From NCBI GenBank assembly GCA_032718475.1, contig JAUCBJ010000720.1, positions 43,831 to 107,830 of the forward strand: DNA of 64,000 nt, read 5' to 3'. Positions 24,773-37,271 of the stretch are shown here, in pieces. Position 1 is the stretch's first letter. Every line of letters starts with the position of its first letter. Made by a program: the position numbers and the translations under genes. The notes under the pieces were generated by a model that was not told where the DNA came from, ran no database searches, and was given only the letters and a program-made list of their open reading frames with translations. Origin of the DNA: Nemertoderma westbladi. Lineage: Eukaryota > Animalia > Xenacoelomorpha.

Positions 24773-27700
24773 TTATGTTATGGAGTCCCTAGATATTTGT
24801 CGGATTAGGGAAGTGGTCGTAGGAAGAGTATCTTGCCTTCCATAGTTTCCGGACAGTTTTCGGTTTCTTTCCAGTAAACATAAACGACCAGCTGGGTGAT
24901 TGGGTTGTCGTGTTACTTTCTCCGCTCCCTTGGCCTGTCTACTCTCCGCCGTGGTAAGATGAGGAGGCCATTCATCTTCTTCTTTACTTAAGAAGTCGGA
25001 TCCACCTAACCAGCCTGGAGTATCTATCAGTTCTTGAGGAGTTGCTCCTCTGGAATCGATGTCGGCTGAATTAATCGTCCCAAGGCAATGTCTCCGTTGA
25101 TCTACATTGGAGTTAATATCGTCATTATCTGAGGAGTATGGTGTTCCCTCAGTTAGTTCGTCCACTTCACTGCTCTCCACTTCCAAACCATTTATCTGGT
25201 ATAGTCTTTCTGATGGTAGTCTCTCTTCGAGAGTTCTGCGGGAAGGACCAGTAAAGTACCAACCTACTCTAGTTCTTACCGCATAGGTTTGTAGGGGCTG
25301 CGGTTGAGCAGGTCGTTTCTCCAATGTCTCTAGTGCCTCGTGCGCGTTTTGGCCGATAAGTATTTGCACTCCCGGATAATCTGTCTGGAATCGAGGTATT
25401 TTAAGTTGTTGAATGCTCTCGTCCTCGTCCCAGTTATAAGGCTCTACTTGGGTATTAGCGAAGTTCTTTATAGCTACCATTTTTACTGACCTTATACTTT
25501 GTTCTCCTAATTTATCCTGGGGGGTGGACAATGCACCTACATAGTAATCGGCCGTGATGGTAGATTTCCAAACCTGCATAATTCCGGACATATTTAACTT
25601 AGTTCGGAATTTGGGTTGTCCAGCAAAGATGTCTTCGGCTAGTTCTTGATCGATGAATGTTCCTGTACTGCCGGAGTCAAGGAGGGCATTCACTATGTAA
25701 CTTTTGTTAGGACCCTGAACTCTTACCTGCACTACAGGAAATTCTCTGATTCCTACGTTGGAAGTTGAAGGTTTCCAGGATGGTTGTCTGTCGAAGGTAG
25801 TTGGGGGGAACTCATTGTCGGTGTCCTTTTCGTAAGTAAGTGCTCGATACACTGCGGTATTTATTAGGTAACAGGATTCGTTGGCATCGGAGAATTCATC
25901 CATATAGAATCCTTCCCACTCAGAACTTTGGTCAGTGTCGTTCACATCACTGAATTGGACATGTGATTTGGGCTCACTTACCTGACTCGGGCTGTTTCGT
26001 TCGAATTCACTTTGTAACAAGATGTGATGTTTCGCACCTCACTTTGCACACTTTATGTCGGAGTAACAGGTTCGCCGCTGGTGTCCGCGTCTGAGACAAT
26101 TGTAGCATAACCGCTTATCCCACATGACTTCACGTCTGTCTACCAAGGATTTCTTTAGGAATTCCGCACACGCACTCAAACGGTGGGGCCCGTCGCACAG
26201 CGCACATTTTGGTTTAATGTTACTCACTTTACCTTGGGTGACGTTATGCACTCTAGTTCTTTCTTCGGGCTTTCTTCCGTGTACTCTGTTAGGAAACTGA
26301 AGAGGAGTCTTAGCAGCCTGTTCTCTCCTGTCATGGGTTCGAGCTTTAGATTTACTTACGTCCTTTGAGGTCTTATTAACATAGTAAAATTTCTCGGTGT
26401 CTTTCCCGCTGTCTTCTTCTTGAGAAGCTTGGCTTTCGCCGTCATCAGTATAACACACCGGTGTTACTCTTCTCCTAGAAACAGGTTTCTCACTTACCTT
26501 ATTTTCCGGTGTTTTCTCTCTGGATTGCTTTAGGAGTTGTAATTTCACTTCGCCATCCAAGAATGACATGAGATCAACCATGGTAGGGTCTCGTTGTTGT
26601 TGTTCCATCGTATATAACACCTTCTTGTCCCAGCGTGTACCTACTCCACCCTTGGGCAAGGTAGATGCTAAGGCTCCTACAACCATAGAATTCTGGTATT
26701 CATGAGACTTACCTAACCAATCTAGTTGTCTACAGATCTCCTGAATCTCATCGGAAAACTCTATAATCCCGCTGCTAAGAAACTTTCGGGGGGCCATTAA
26801 TTTCGCATATAAATACCTAGCTATGTTATTCCTATTACCATACCTGATGTTTAGTGTATCCCAAACTTGTCTTAATCCATCTGGATGTCCAATAAATTTT
26901 AACGCCATTGACTTGGGAGGTCCTTCCAAGCACTCGATGAGGAATCTAAGTTTCTCTCCGTTGGATAACACAGAGTTCTGTATGTTATCTTTATAATATT
27001 CATTAAAAGGTAACCATTTCATCTCATCTCCATTGAACTTGACTATCTCTCCAACCTTTACCGCTTGACGGGCTTCGGTTCTAGCCATTTGACGCGTAAA
27101 ACTTTCTTGGGCCATCGTGTTATTGAATATCGAGTTATCGGTATATAAATTTCTCGGATTATTATCAGGTCTATTGGGAATGTCATTAACAACAGGCGTA
27201 TAATCACCCTTAATAGGGTTTGCTATAGGAGTTTCTACTTCACTAGCAGTATAGATGCGTGTAGGCTCCACACCTTGCGCATGTAATACTTCAGACCTAA
27301 CAGGCTGACACACTGTTACAGGGGTTATTGGTATTCCCTTTTGTAGGTTGACTAATTTGTCGCATTCTAGTGCGATACTTTGCTGCACTTTTTGCAACTC
27401 TAACCTACTTTCCCTTACTGTTCCCTTGAGCTGCTGAACAGTCTCTTCCATTTCCCTGACCTGCTGAGAGGAGCACAAACAGTGTTCCCTCAGCTGCTCG
27501 AGCAGGAGACCCATCTCCCGTCGTCCCTCAGCTACCCACTCAACCGCCGAAGCGGGAGTCGCCAACGTAGTAGCGGGCGAGCGAGAGATGACGGGCGATA
27601 AATTCTTGGTACCTCGCTCGGCGTCCAGGACGGGTTCGGACTCGGGAACAGTCCTACTGGGCACAGGTAGTCTTCTGGTTTGTTTCTTCAAGTAATCTTG

Positions 27701-27922
27701 TTTCGCCTGAAGGTTTTCCAGCTCTAGTTGGATAGTCGCTTCAGACGTCTTCCGTTCTGCTTCTGCCACTGCCTCTGCCGCTTTTCTTTCTGCTTCTGTT
27801 GCTGCTACTTTTCTTTCCGCTTCTTTTCTGTCTTCTCTCCTTTCAAGACACTGTCCAAGTCGACGACTCATTCTAAAACCCTCTAAGAGACTATCTGACA
27901 ATGTTTGTGTTGTGTCAGACAT
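24773..27922 (-). pseudogene. BEL/Pao gag-protease ORF with one in-frame TGA and pol deleted
   Basis: Coiled coil, DUF1759-like KFNGD..W..F..LSNGEKL.FL..CLEG, zinc knuckles CALCDGPH..C, CYNCLRRGH..C, CAK*GAKHHILL; protease ALLDSGS; post-RNaseH remnant NSADIDSRG..WLGGSDFL..EWP. Confidence 0.9.
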
Positions 27923-28806
27923 TTCGCTTTATACAGTTGGATGCCTACTGCTATATATACAGTTAAAGCAAGTCTAGTAATTCAGTATCACTGCTAGCCT
28001 AATAATTAATTACCGATACTGCTACTCAATGTAGCGTGATATATATATATAATATATTAGAATACCGGTATGCTTATAGTATATATAAGTATTATTACAG
28101 ACTAGATTTGTCACAGAGTACCGGTATATAAATTTAGCACAAATATATATAAATATATAATAGGCCTATAGTGAATACCGGTATACAGCTTACACTTATA
28201 GTATATATAAGTATAATTATGAACTAGAATTAATTACAGAGTACCGGTATGATTTCAGCTCAAATTTATAGAAATAAATATAATAAGCCTATGGTAAATA
28301 CTGGTATGTCATAGAATAATTGAATTTCTGAATATTTTAGGGTTACTTGGTTACTTTAACTTACTTTATTACCGTTATTTAAGCAGTAGTCCAACTGATA
28401 TTGAGACCTAGTTGTTGTATGGCAGGCCTACTATTTATAAATCGTTTGAGTTGATTTATAATATTTATATACCCGTTTAAAATGGGTTTTTGTCAATATT
28501 TGAAATAAATGTTATTATTTCTGGGGGAGTCACTACACAGAAGCTGAACGCCTCTCAGTGAAGTGCTATTTATTTGACACTAAAACTGATAATTCTAATT
28601 TACCTAAGTTACTTAATTACTACAAATTACTTACGATACGGGTGAGATTAATTCTCTAATTAAACACAACAAAATATTACGTACGAAATTTTTAGGGTAA
28701 TTTTACAGGAAGTCTACAAACCAGCCTAACAAAGGGTTAGAATTCTGGTTATTACAACGGACAGGGTACTACGGTATTTGAAATAATAAGTAGTAGTAAA
28801 TATATT

Positions 28807-31266
28807 GTACTGTCCAGATAGGAAATACCACCGCCTGACGACCTATAACCGTATCGCTATAGGTACTACGTTATGTATCACGGATTGTTCCTACCCAGAA
28901 GCTAATAGAGCTAACGAATGTGCCTATCAACCACTTTACAACACAAATATACTGCCTACACTAATTACTTCGGAAAGCACTGTACACTAAACCCTAAATT
29001 AGGTACAAGTACTGGTACAACAAATAATCAGTAGTTAAATATACTTGAACAGTTAAAAGAACCACGGCATCTGCTGGAGTGACCGAAGCACAAAGTCACC
29101 AGTCTTTACCTACGCCAAGCAGCCCGTGTAGTACCGGGGTTAATTTAACTATAACGGTATGTGTAACAAACACAATTACTGTAGGAATAAACTTGGGGAC
29201 ATGAATGTTGCGAATAATCGCATAAACTCTGAATAATAAATATTACGCTACCCGTACAGAATACTCAAACAGAATACAAACCAAACGCTGGCAGACTACT
29301 ATCAAGCCTAAACAAACTACAGTATGTGCAGATTCTGAAACTGTTAGTTAGTATGCGTTCTAACACGGTAGTACGACTTACTCTTTAAGAGGGGATTGAC
29401 CTTACAGCATATGGCTGCCCCAACTTACTAACGGCACTTGATCAGACAAACTCTACACACGCAGCAATCCCTTCAGGCCTAAGAATAGCTAGACAACAAT
29501 CCAGCCTACAAAATATCTGAGTAATAACTATCACGGTACCTGAACAGACCACACAAACAAACACAGGCTAAAACACTGGCAGACTACGATCAAGCCTAAA
29601 TAAACTACAGTATATGCAGATTCTGAAACTGTTAGTTAGTATGCTTTCTAACACGGTAGTGCGACTTATTCTTTAAGAGGGGATTGACCTTCAGCATATG
29701 GCTGCCCCAACTTACTAACGGCACTTTATCAGACCAACTCTACACACACCGTAATCTCTCCAAACTCAATAACAGTCAGACAGCAGCTCAGCCTACAATT
29801 ATCTGAACAATCTGAGCAGGGTCACACGCCTTCTGCTCAATATTAGCTTACTAGTAAATAAAACCGACAGAAATAAGTAGAATCTCAAATAAAAATCAGG
29901 GCGGCCGTTCCCTGATTAAGTACCAAGACCTACCGGTATACAATAATCAAAATCGAATAATACTAATGTACTTATACAGCAGTACCGGTTAGGACAGTTG
30001 GGCCTACAGACCTACAGAAATACCGGTTACTACGGTATTTTGCAACCTTATTGCCTACTGCAATAAGATTATAACTGTTACTGTTCGGTGTTACCTCACT
30101 TAATTTAACTGCACTAATCATATTGTTTGTACTGCTATTTACCGTCAGTTATTAATTGTATCTATTTGTTGATGGAAATATTGCTCTTTGGAGAATACGG
30201 ATAAATCACCCAAAATTCCCAATTTTCTTGATACACTACAGGTTAGAGAGGCGGGCTATATATAACAATTGCGATTTATATCAATGTGGTGTGTATTGAA
30301 TCTAATGTTATTTAGTAGACACTACCTGAGTCAATTGCTGTTCTCTTTATGTGTGATCAAATATACTGACGGTCGGCAGAATAGTGTGCATGATTGTGAG
30401 TGTGATGTGACTGGTAACAAAGCATTTCCTAAAGAATGCGACTTATACTTTAATCATAAGCCTTATCGTTGCGTTTAGTATAAGTCCTAGCTCTGTTTAA
30501 ATAGATAGAGCGCCACGTCCTAAAGGAACTGTTAATATTTCCCGAAAGTTAATAATATCTGTCAGAAATTACATATTAGCGATCAATCGAATAATACAGT
30601 AGGCTTACACTGCAACCTTACACTGCAATAATAAAATCTAAGCATCCGAATTCAGCCTCCCGGGTGTAGATCCATCGGGTGAATGATCGCGCATGGGCTG
30701 GCTTCGGCTAATGTTTTGTTTATTAGCATAAAATATTGTCGTATGCTAAAGGTGTGTTAATTAACTAAAAGACATATAAATTTTGGCAGGTTAAACTGCT
30801 AAAGGTCTTCAAAAGCGCGAACAGTAACAGTTATACTTTCGATAATCTAAGCAGTTTTACTAGAGTTGTTCCAAAAGCCGGTGTTATGGCGAAAAATGGG
30901 AACACAACAACAGAAACATGTGACTACTGCTCTATACGAAGATACCAACTCCCTTATTCCACGAAGCTCCCGTTCAACACAGAGGATGAGCATAGAGATA
31001 GGAAATTCAGTTCAGTAGCGCTGGGATAGGTCGAAATCAACGCCTACGCAAATTCTATTGGCCGACACGGACAGCAAGGCTTAGGCAACCTCTCTAGGCT
31101 AGTTGGCCGATTAAACTGAGCCCAGATATCTCCGTACAGCACATCAGCCAATAAGCCGGTAGCTTGCACTATTTTAGTTATAAATCCCTTTGAGAGTATT
31201 CTAGCGACTGGGGGGGAACTGGCCAGCAAAGGCAAACGTATCAGTTATCCCCCAAAAGCTTTTACA
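28807..31266 (-). repeat. 2.46-kb direct repeat, 5' copy (5' LTR with inverted X plus leader)
   Basis: Duplicate of 19159-21618; begins TGTAAAAG on the minus strand next to the TSD; contains a ~290-bp internal tandem duplication. Confidence 0.95.
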
Positions 31267-31691
31267 TCATTGTCGAATTGGGTCGGAAGCTGCGGGAATT
31301 CTACTGTTCTACGGGAATAAACTGCAGCAGCTGTCCGGTGACTATGGATGGATACTGGGATGAGCTGGTATTTTGATCGAGTTTCTCGTATTCTCGATTT
31401 TCTCGAATTCTCGATATTTCCTATAAACCACATGGCTTCGCATATTGAACGTGCGATTGGAAATAAGTTTGTGCTACCCTTCACCCCCTTGGGTGGTAGA
31501 TGTCACGGTTATGTATTGGTTGGTAGGAAGGGGGGGGGGGGGGCAGATTAAAAGGGCTGAACATGAACTGTCCCCCTTTCCTTGATTGATTGTCGGTATG
31601 GTTAAATTTCTCAAATACTGATTTTGTGATACAGTCGCTCAATTTTAATTTGTATCTCATAACTGGGCCTCGTCCTGCGCGAAGGCCCCAC

Positions 31692-32930
31692 GATCATGTA
31701 AAATGTTGTTTATCAAACTTAAGTCTATAGGCTGTGGTGCAACATATCTAACGATGTTACTCGCCATCTACTTGGTAACTGTAAATGTGGTATATTTCAA
31801 TTCAACTTTTCCTGCGATTTTATGACTCTATGTGGTATTAGACTAGACAGGGTTCCCCACTTAGCGCAATTCTCTTCATTTGCTACATAAATGACTTTAT
31901 AAAACTAATAAAGACTGAGTTTGGACAAGGTGGTTTTCTACATGAACTTCACACAATCATCCATGCTGAATACTGCGTGATATTAGCGACATAGCGAGAT
32001 ATTATGCAGGAAAAATTACAATGGGTTGAAAGGAACTGTACGAGGATAGTATTGTTCTAGAATATTCCAAGTGCGGACTTATAATCGTCAACTCAAAAAA
32101 TCCCCGGCCGGGACGGCATATATGGGTTGGCCTCATAAAACCAAAACAACCTGTTGTTTACCTCGGTAGTCATATAAGCAATGGCACCTTCAACAAAGAA
32201 GCGAAAAACAAGTGCAAATAAATTCTACAATTTTCTGCGGGAGAACAATTTTGCCCCTTTGATCGTTAAATCTCGTGTACTGGACGCTTGTGTTTCAACA
32301 AGTTTACTACACAACTGCGAAACATGGGGACCATTCAACACCTCTATCTGTTCCACTAAGAGCGATGGAACGTTAAAATGGTCGAAGAAACCAGTGTCAG
32401 AAACATGCTATAAACTGCTAAAGGCAATGCTCTCCATAAGAAGAACAATTCCGAACTGTATAATTCTTGCAGAAACTGGTTGTAAACCCCTTGAAGCAAT
32501 GGTGATTTCTAGACGACTTAGTTTATGGAAGTGACTTATGGCAAAGGACTATGGATTTAATTTACCGTCGAGTTATTGAGACTGTAAAGAAATAGATTTC
32601 GTGAAACGTGGAAGCAAATACCACGAGATCAGCGTATCTGTCCTCACAGCAAACTCATTGGTATCAATACAATAGAAGATGAAGAACATTATATTTTTCA
32701 CTGTGTGATCACCGCGCAGAGACGAGCAGCCTTTTCTGACACCTCGAGCCTATCTGAATCTTTTAATAATCGTAATGAGGTTAGGAAATTTCTCCCTGAT
32801 GCTGAAATTTAACTAGCATTATTTTTTATATCTTAATATACGTAAAGCCCACTTATCTATGACAATCTGAACTAATTACAATATATGTCGCGATAAATTT
32901 AATAAAAGTTCATAACTTTATAATCACTGT
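31692..32930 (+). mobile_element. Decayed LINE, 3' part of RT and C-terminus (continuation of 15837-16716)
   Basis: LFIKLKSIG, QGSPLSAILFICYIND, YLGS, LLHNCETWG, IEDEEHYIFHC motifs in shifting frames. Confidence 0.8.
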
Positions 32931-34599
32931 GAATTATAGATTTTTATAACGAACCTGTCTTTAGACTGGGTAGTTTTTGTCTAAAGCTGAGGCCGGCAAA
33001 AACACGATGGATATATTTACCTATATCACTCACTATATATGTCACTATATCACTCACTATGTATGTTCACCAAATGGCTTGAAACCACTTGCATGCATTG
33101 TAAAATTGTAAACGCAAGTATTTATCAATTGTTGTCTAGTTGTTGAATAAAAAAGTTGGGAACGATTCGAAGTGCAATATTCGAAATATTTGCATATTTT
33201 CAACATTATTGAACGCGAAATTAAATACCCACAACTCCCTTGCTTGAAATGTTTTTCAGGTGATTGATATTTAGCAATTATTATGAGGTTACTTACTACT
33301 GAAATCTGACAGAATGCCAAACGTATTATTATAGTTCTATCTCTATTCAGCCAGTTAGTGTAATGTCAAGCAGTACATCATTTATATATCGTATGTATCT
33401 ATAGGGCCTAATTGTCATCGTTATAATACTGTCATCAACTTAGGCTAAGCTCAATTGTAATGCAAAGGCTTAGTAGGTTTTGTATATCTGGGACGTTTAC
33501 AACAGCTGTCGATTAAACTAACAAAACCATAAAACTGAACCAGGGTGGCTGCCAGCCGGGTACCAACGGCTGTTGGGTAGACTTAAGGGAACATTTCACA
33601 AACTTTCATAGGATGCTTGTACATGTACATTATATTGGTTGCTCCGATGTTTTTATTAGGCTAACTGAGAATGTATCAGGTATAAATACTGTAATTATAG
33701 TGTTCTTTATTTTATTTATCTAATACAGAAAAGACCCCTCCGCAGAATAAACTGCTCTTTTGGGCCGTTTCTCAGGTTGCGGATATGGATACCATTTCAC
33801 ACATCATCGTAGTAATTGTGATTATGATTTGTTTGCCTAGGCGAATGTGTATTACATTAGATGGGAGGCAGTTTTTTGGTTGATGCAAGTCATTCTTGGT
33901 TTGCATCTTCCAATCCCATCTGTTTCTTGGAGTCTGTGTAAGACAGGTTCGTTTAAAGCCATCTTGATGGCGTTCTAGTAATTTTAACATTTATTGTGCA
34001 TACATTATATTGTAAACAACTTATTATTCGGTCAAACCGTGATGTGAATTAAGTGCTTATTTTATGCTTATTGATCCCTATTGAGCCGCCTTGATGTTAA
34101 TATAATAATAATAATAATAACAATAATAATAATACAGATCATAGTAGATAGTTATTCACAGTACAGCAGTAGGTCTATGTCTGTCTGGGCAATAGGCCTT
34201 TCAGCGGTTCAGCCTATATAACAGTATATTGCCACCTCCAAACAACCTGACAACCGCTACCATGCATCCGCGCTGCGACCTACAGCCGGTAGCAACAGCA
34301 CAATCTGCCAATAGCCAGCAAAGGAGGTCCTTCCTACATTATGGATTTCACCGTTACACTACCGTAAACTGGGGTGACTTGAGACACTTTTTTGATGTTT
34401 TTGTACATAACTTGAAAAGTAAATGAGATGGATGGCAGATTTAATGTGACGATGATAGAAGAAAACTTCCTCTATGCCACTAGATAATGTTTTTTGGAAA
34501 TCAACAAAATTCTATGAAGAAAATACTCGTTCCATCATATAGCAGTATAGACTAAATATTCGGGGGTAGCGCATTTTTTCACCAAAAAGTCGAATTTTT

Positions 34600-36060
34600 A
34601 AACATATCCTATCTGATACAGAATTTCATGCTAAATACAATATGACACAACACATAGAAAGGGGTCAACTTCAAATAATTCCATTTGCCAGAAATTTCAA
34701 ATATATTAAAAAATCATAAAAAACAAAAAAATATGAATTTTATTTTTTTATTGATTTAAGATCAAAATTTAACGTAGAATCCAAAAATCAAACGTCTAAG
34801 GTTGCAGTACTTACATAAATTGTTTAAATGTCTGTCTGTCTGTCTGTTTGTCAGTCAAAAAATATAGAAAATCATATAACCTCACAAAAATACGGCTATG
34901 GTGGTTTTCTAGTTCGGCGAACTCATTTCCGATATCAGTTTTACGTTTGTCAGCATCTTGATTGTCTGTTTCTATGTATGTCTGTCCATTTGTCTGTCAG
35001 TCTGTTTGTCTGTATTTATGTAATTTACTTTTTGTCAGTTAAAAAATTATAAAAATAATGTAACTTTTCAAAAATATGCCTCTGGGGATTTTCCAGGTCG
35101 GTGAATCCATTTTCGATGTCAGTTTTCATGTTTACGATATATTGACTGTCTGTCTCTATGTATGTCTGTAAGTCAGTCAGTCTGCTTGTCTGTATGTATT
35201 TTTGTATGTCTATCAAAAATTTTTGAAAATCATTTAACCTCAAACCTCACCAAAATATGGCTAGGGGGGTTTTCTAGGTCGGCGAAGTTTTTTCCGATAT
35301 CAGTTTTTACGTTTAACATCATCTTAACTGTCTGTTTTTATGTATGTCTGTAAGTCAGACAGCTAGATATACATACATACAGACAGACAGACAAACAAAC
35401 AGAAAGACAGACAAACATACTGACTGTGTAGATTCTGTTAAAAATTAATACTGGCACCATAAAAAAATTACCGATCAAGAAAACCACCGGTTGCAAATAT
35501 TTTGACTCGGTATTGCATTTTCTATATTATTTAATAGACAAAAAAAGATAAAGGTATGCATACAGACAGACAAACATACAGACAAATAAAAATCTGTCAA
35601 ACCTTAAAACTGACAAAATATATTAAATAACTGACCATAGGAACTCCCAATGCTTAATTATGTTGATGTTATTGAATATCCATCAAAAATGTTCGAATGC
35701 TGTTTGAAAAATAACTCCAGTTACTGAAAATGGCGGGAAGGTTAAATAAATTTAAATCAAATTTTCTCAGAATGTTGCTATGAAATTATCTCCGAACCTT
35801 GTCTTACTAAGTCGACAACAACTCAAAAAAAAGAGCTATTGGCAAATGGTTTTCAATGTGAAATTCTCCGTTAAATTATCTATATAAAACCAACAAAAAG
35901 TTAAAAAACATATATTTGTCAATTGACCCATTTCTATGTGCCTGGTCGAAAATATGGAATCAGTTTTCCCATATCTTGCTTAGTTTTCGAGACATATGGG
36001 GTATAAGATACCTATGTTATCTATCTATATACTATTTCCTATATCTTGATATCTCGATAT
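34600..36060. mobile_element. Old non-autonomous DNA element remnants with (GTCT)n-rich ~170-bp subrepeats
   Basis: Three related units at 34830-35360 and an inverted one at 35360-35660; similar material at ~14040-14180. Confidence 0.45.
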
Positions 36061-36603
36061 CGGTAAATGCGATGAAGTTTGGGGTTTGCATTCAATTTCT
36101 GCAAATTTCTGTGCTCAGTGGTGCCAATTGGATGTCTCCACGAGAAAGAGCACAAAATTTTAATTGAGAAAGTATTTTTTTTATTATTATTGGAACTACT
36201 GATCAGTTTATAAGACAACTTCAAGGCTCTGGAATAAAGACGGGACTCGAATAAGCGACTCTGCGGTCTTTGTGGGATTTCACGGAATAGACTTATTGGT
36301 CATCGGAGATCTTCAAAATGTATAATCTCCAGTTCTAGTGGTGCTCATTTGCTGTTTAGGCTCATTCGAAAGCTCTTTTCTCAGAGACCAAAATTACCAT
36401 TTGGTTATATATACAGTAGATCGGATAGATACCTGGATATGTACGTACGCACATATGTGGATACGCACGGCATTATGTGGAAAAGTTTAATTCATGCGTA
36501 CTCTACGTCTGACGTCAGGCAGTCAGGTGGTGGTCTGTGATGGATGATCTGCTGATGATACTCCCATCTATTGCCTACTAGACCATGTCCTGGAATATAG
36601 TGT

Positions 36604-37228
36604 CGTTATTCTGGTACCTGCCCCCCTCCCCCCCCCCAAATTTTTCTACAAATCGTAATGAGATGGCATGAAATTTGAAACAGATAGTTTCACCTCCCGA
36701 CCACTGACTGGGTGAGCTAGAATTTTTATTTTTGCTTTCATTTTATTTAATAAATACACCATATTCTAGAACATTTTGTATATCTCATATGTAGCTGGGC
36801 AACAATGCAATGACTAGATAATCATACTATTATGTAGCTATTCATACATTAACGTGTTCCAGAATATAGTTTATTTATTAAATAGAATAAAATAATCTCG
36901 CACAGGCGAAAAACCATGCCGCTTTCAAACACTCATATATCAGCTATTACAACGACGAAATTCAGATTGTTTTACATATTTGGAATCCTTGCATGGCCAG
37001 CTTTCTAACTGTACCTATCACTATAAGATTGAAGAATAACTGAATAACATGTGTAATATCGCAGGAGACAGTTTTTTCAAATTCTTGTAGCTAAAGAATG
37101 AAAGCAAAAATAAAAATTCTTGCTCACCCAGAAGGAGGGAGGTGAAACCATCTCTATTTTAAATTTCAAGCAATCTCATAACGATTTGTAGAAAAAAATT
37201 GGGGTGGGTGGCACGTACCTAAATAACG
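36604..37228. mobile_element. MITE with ~140-bp diverged TIRs and an internal palindrome
   Basis: 36604-36742 is inverted relative to 37097-37228; second fold-back at ~36742-36893. Confidence 0.7.
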
Positions 37229-37271
37229 TATGCATGTGCTATTTATACATGTACTGACTGACACTGACGTC

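Larger units (their letters stand above)
17731..31266 (-). mobile_element. BEL/Pao-type LTR retrotransposon derivative, 13.5 kb, three LTR-like units, non-autonomous
   Basis: TGT...ACA ends; TCATT TSD at 17726-17730 and 31267-31271; BEL/Pao gag-protease; PPT-like GGGAGCGG before TGTAAAAG at 21618 and 18958. Confidence 0.9.
16721..31691. mobile_element. Non-autonomous DNA element with short TIRs (GTGGGGC...GCCCCAC), ~1.4 kb once the nested LTR element is removed
   Basis: Interrupts the LINE RT between AFDRV and MLFIKLKSIG; 7-bp inverted ends; CTGTT-type microsatellite near the left end. Superfamily not determined. Confidence 0.6.

Noticed and set aside
26039-26041. In-frame TGA at a Cys position as selenocysteine or programmed readthrough
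   Set aside because: A single TGT/TGC>TGA mutation is simpler; no SECIS identified, and BEL/Pao gag-pol is normally one ORF.
17731-31266. DIRS/Ngaro (tyrosine recombinase) element, suggested by split and inverted repeats
   Set aside because: 5-bp TSD, TG...CA ends, aspartic protease and BEL/Pao gag are present; no recombinase ORF seen.
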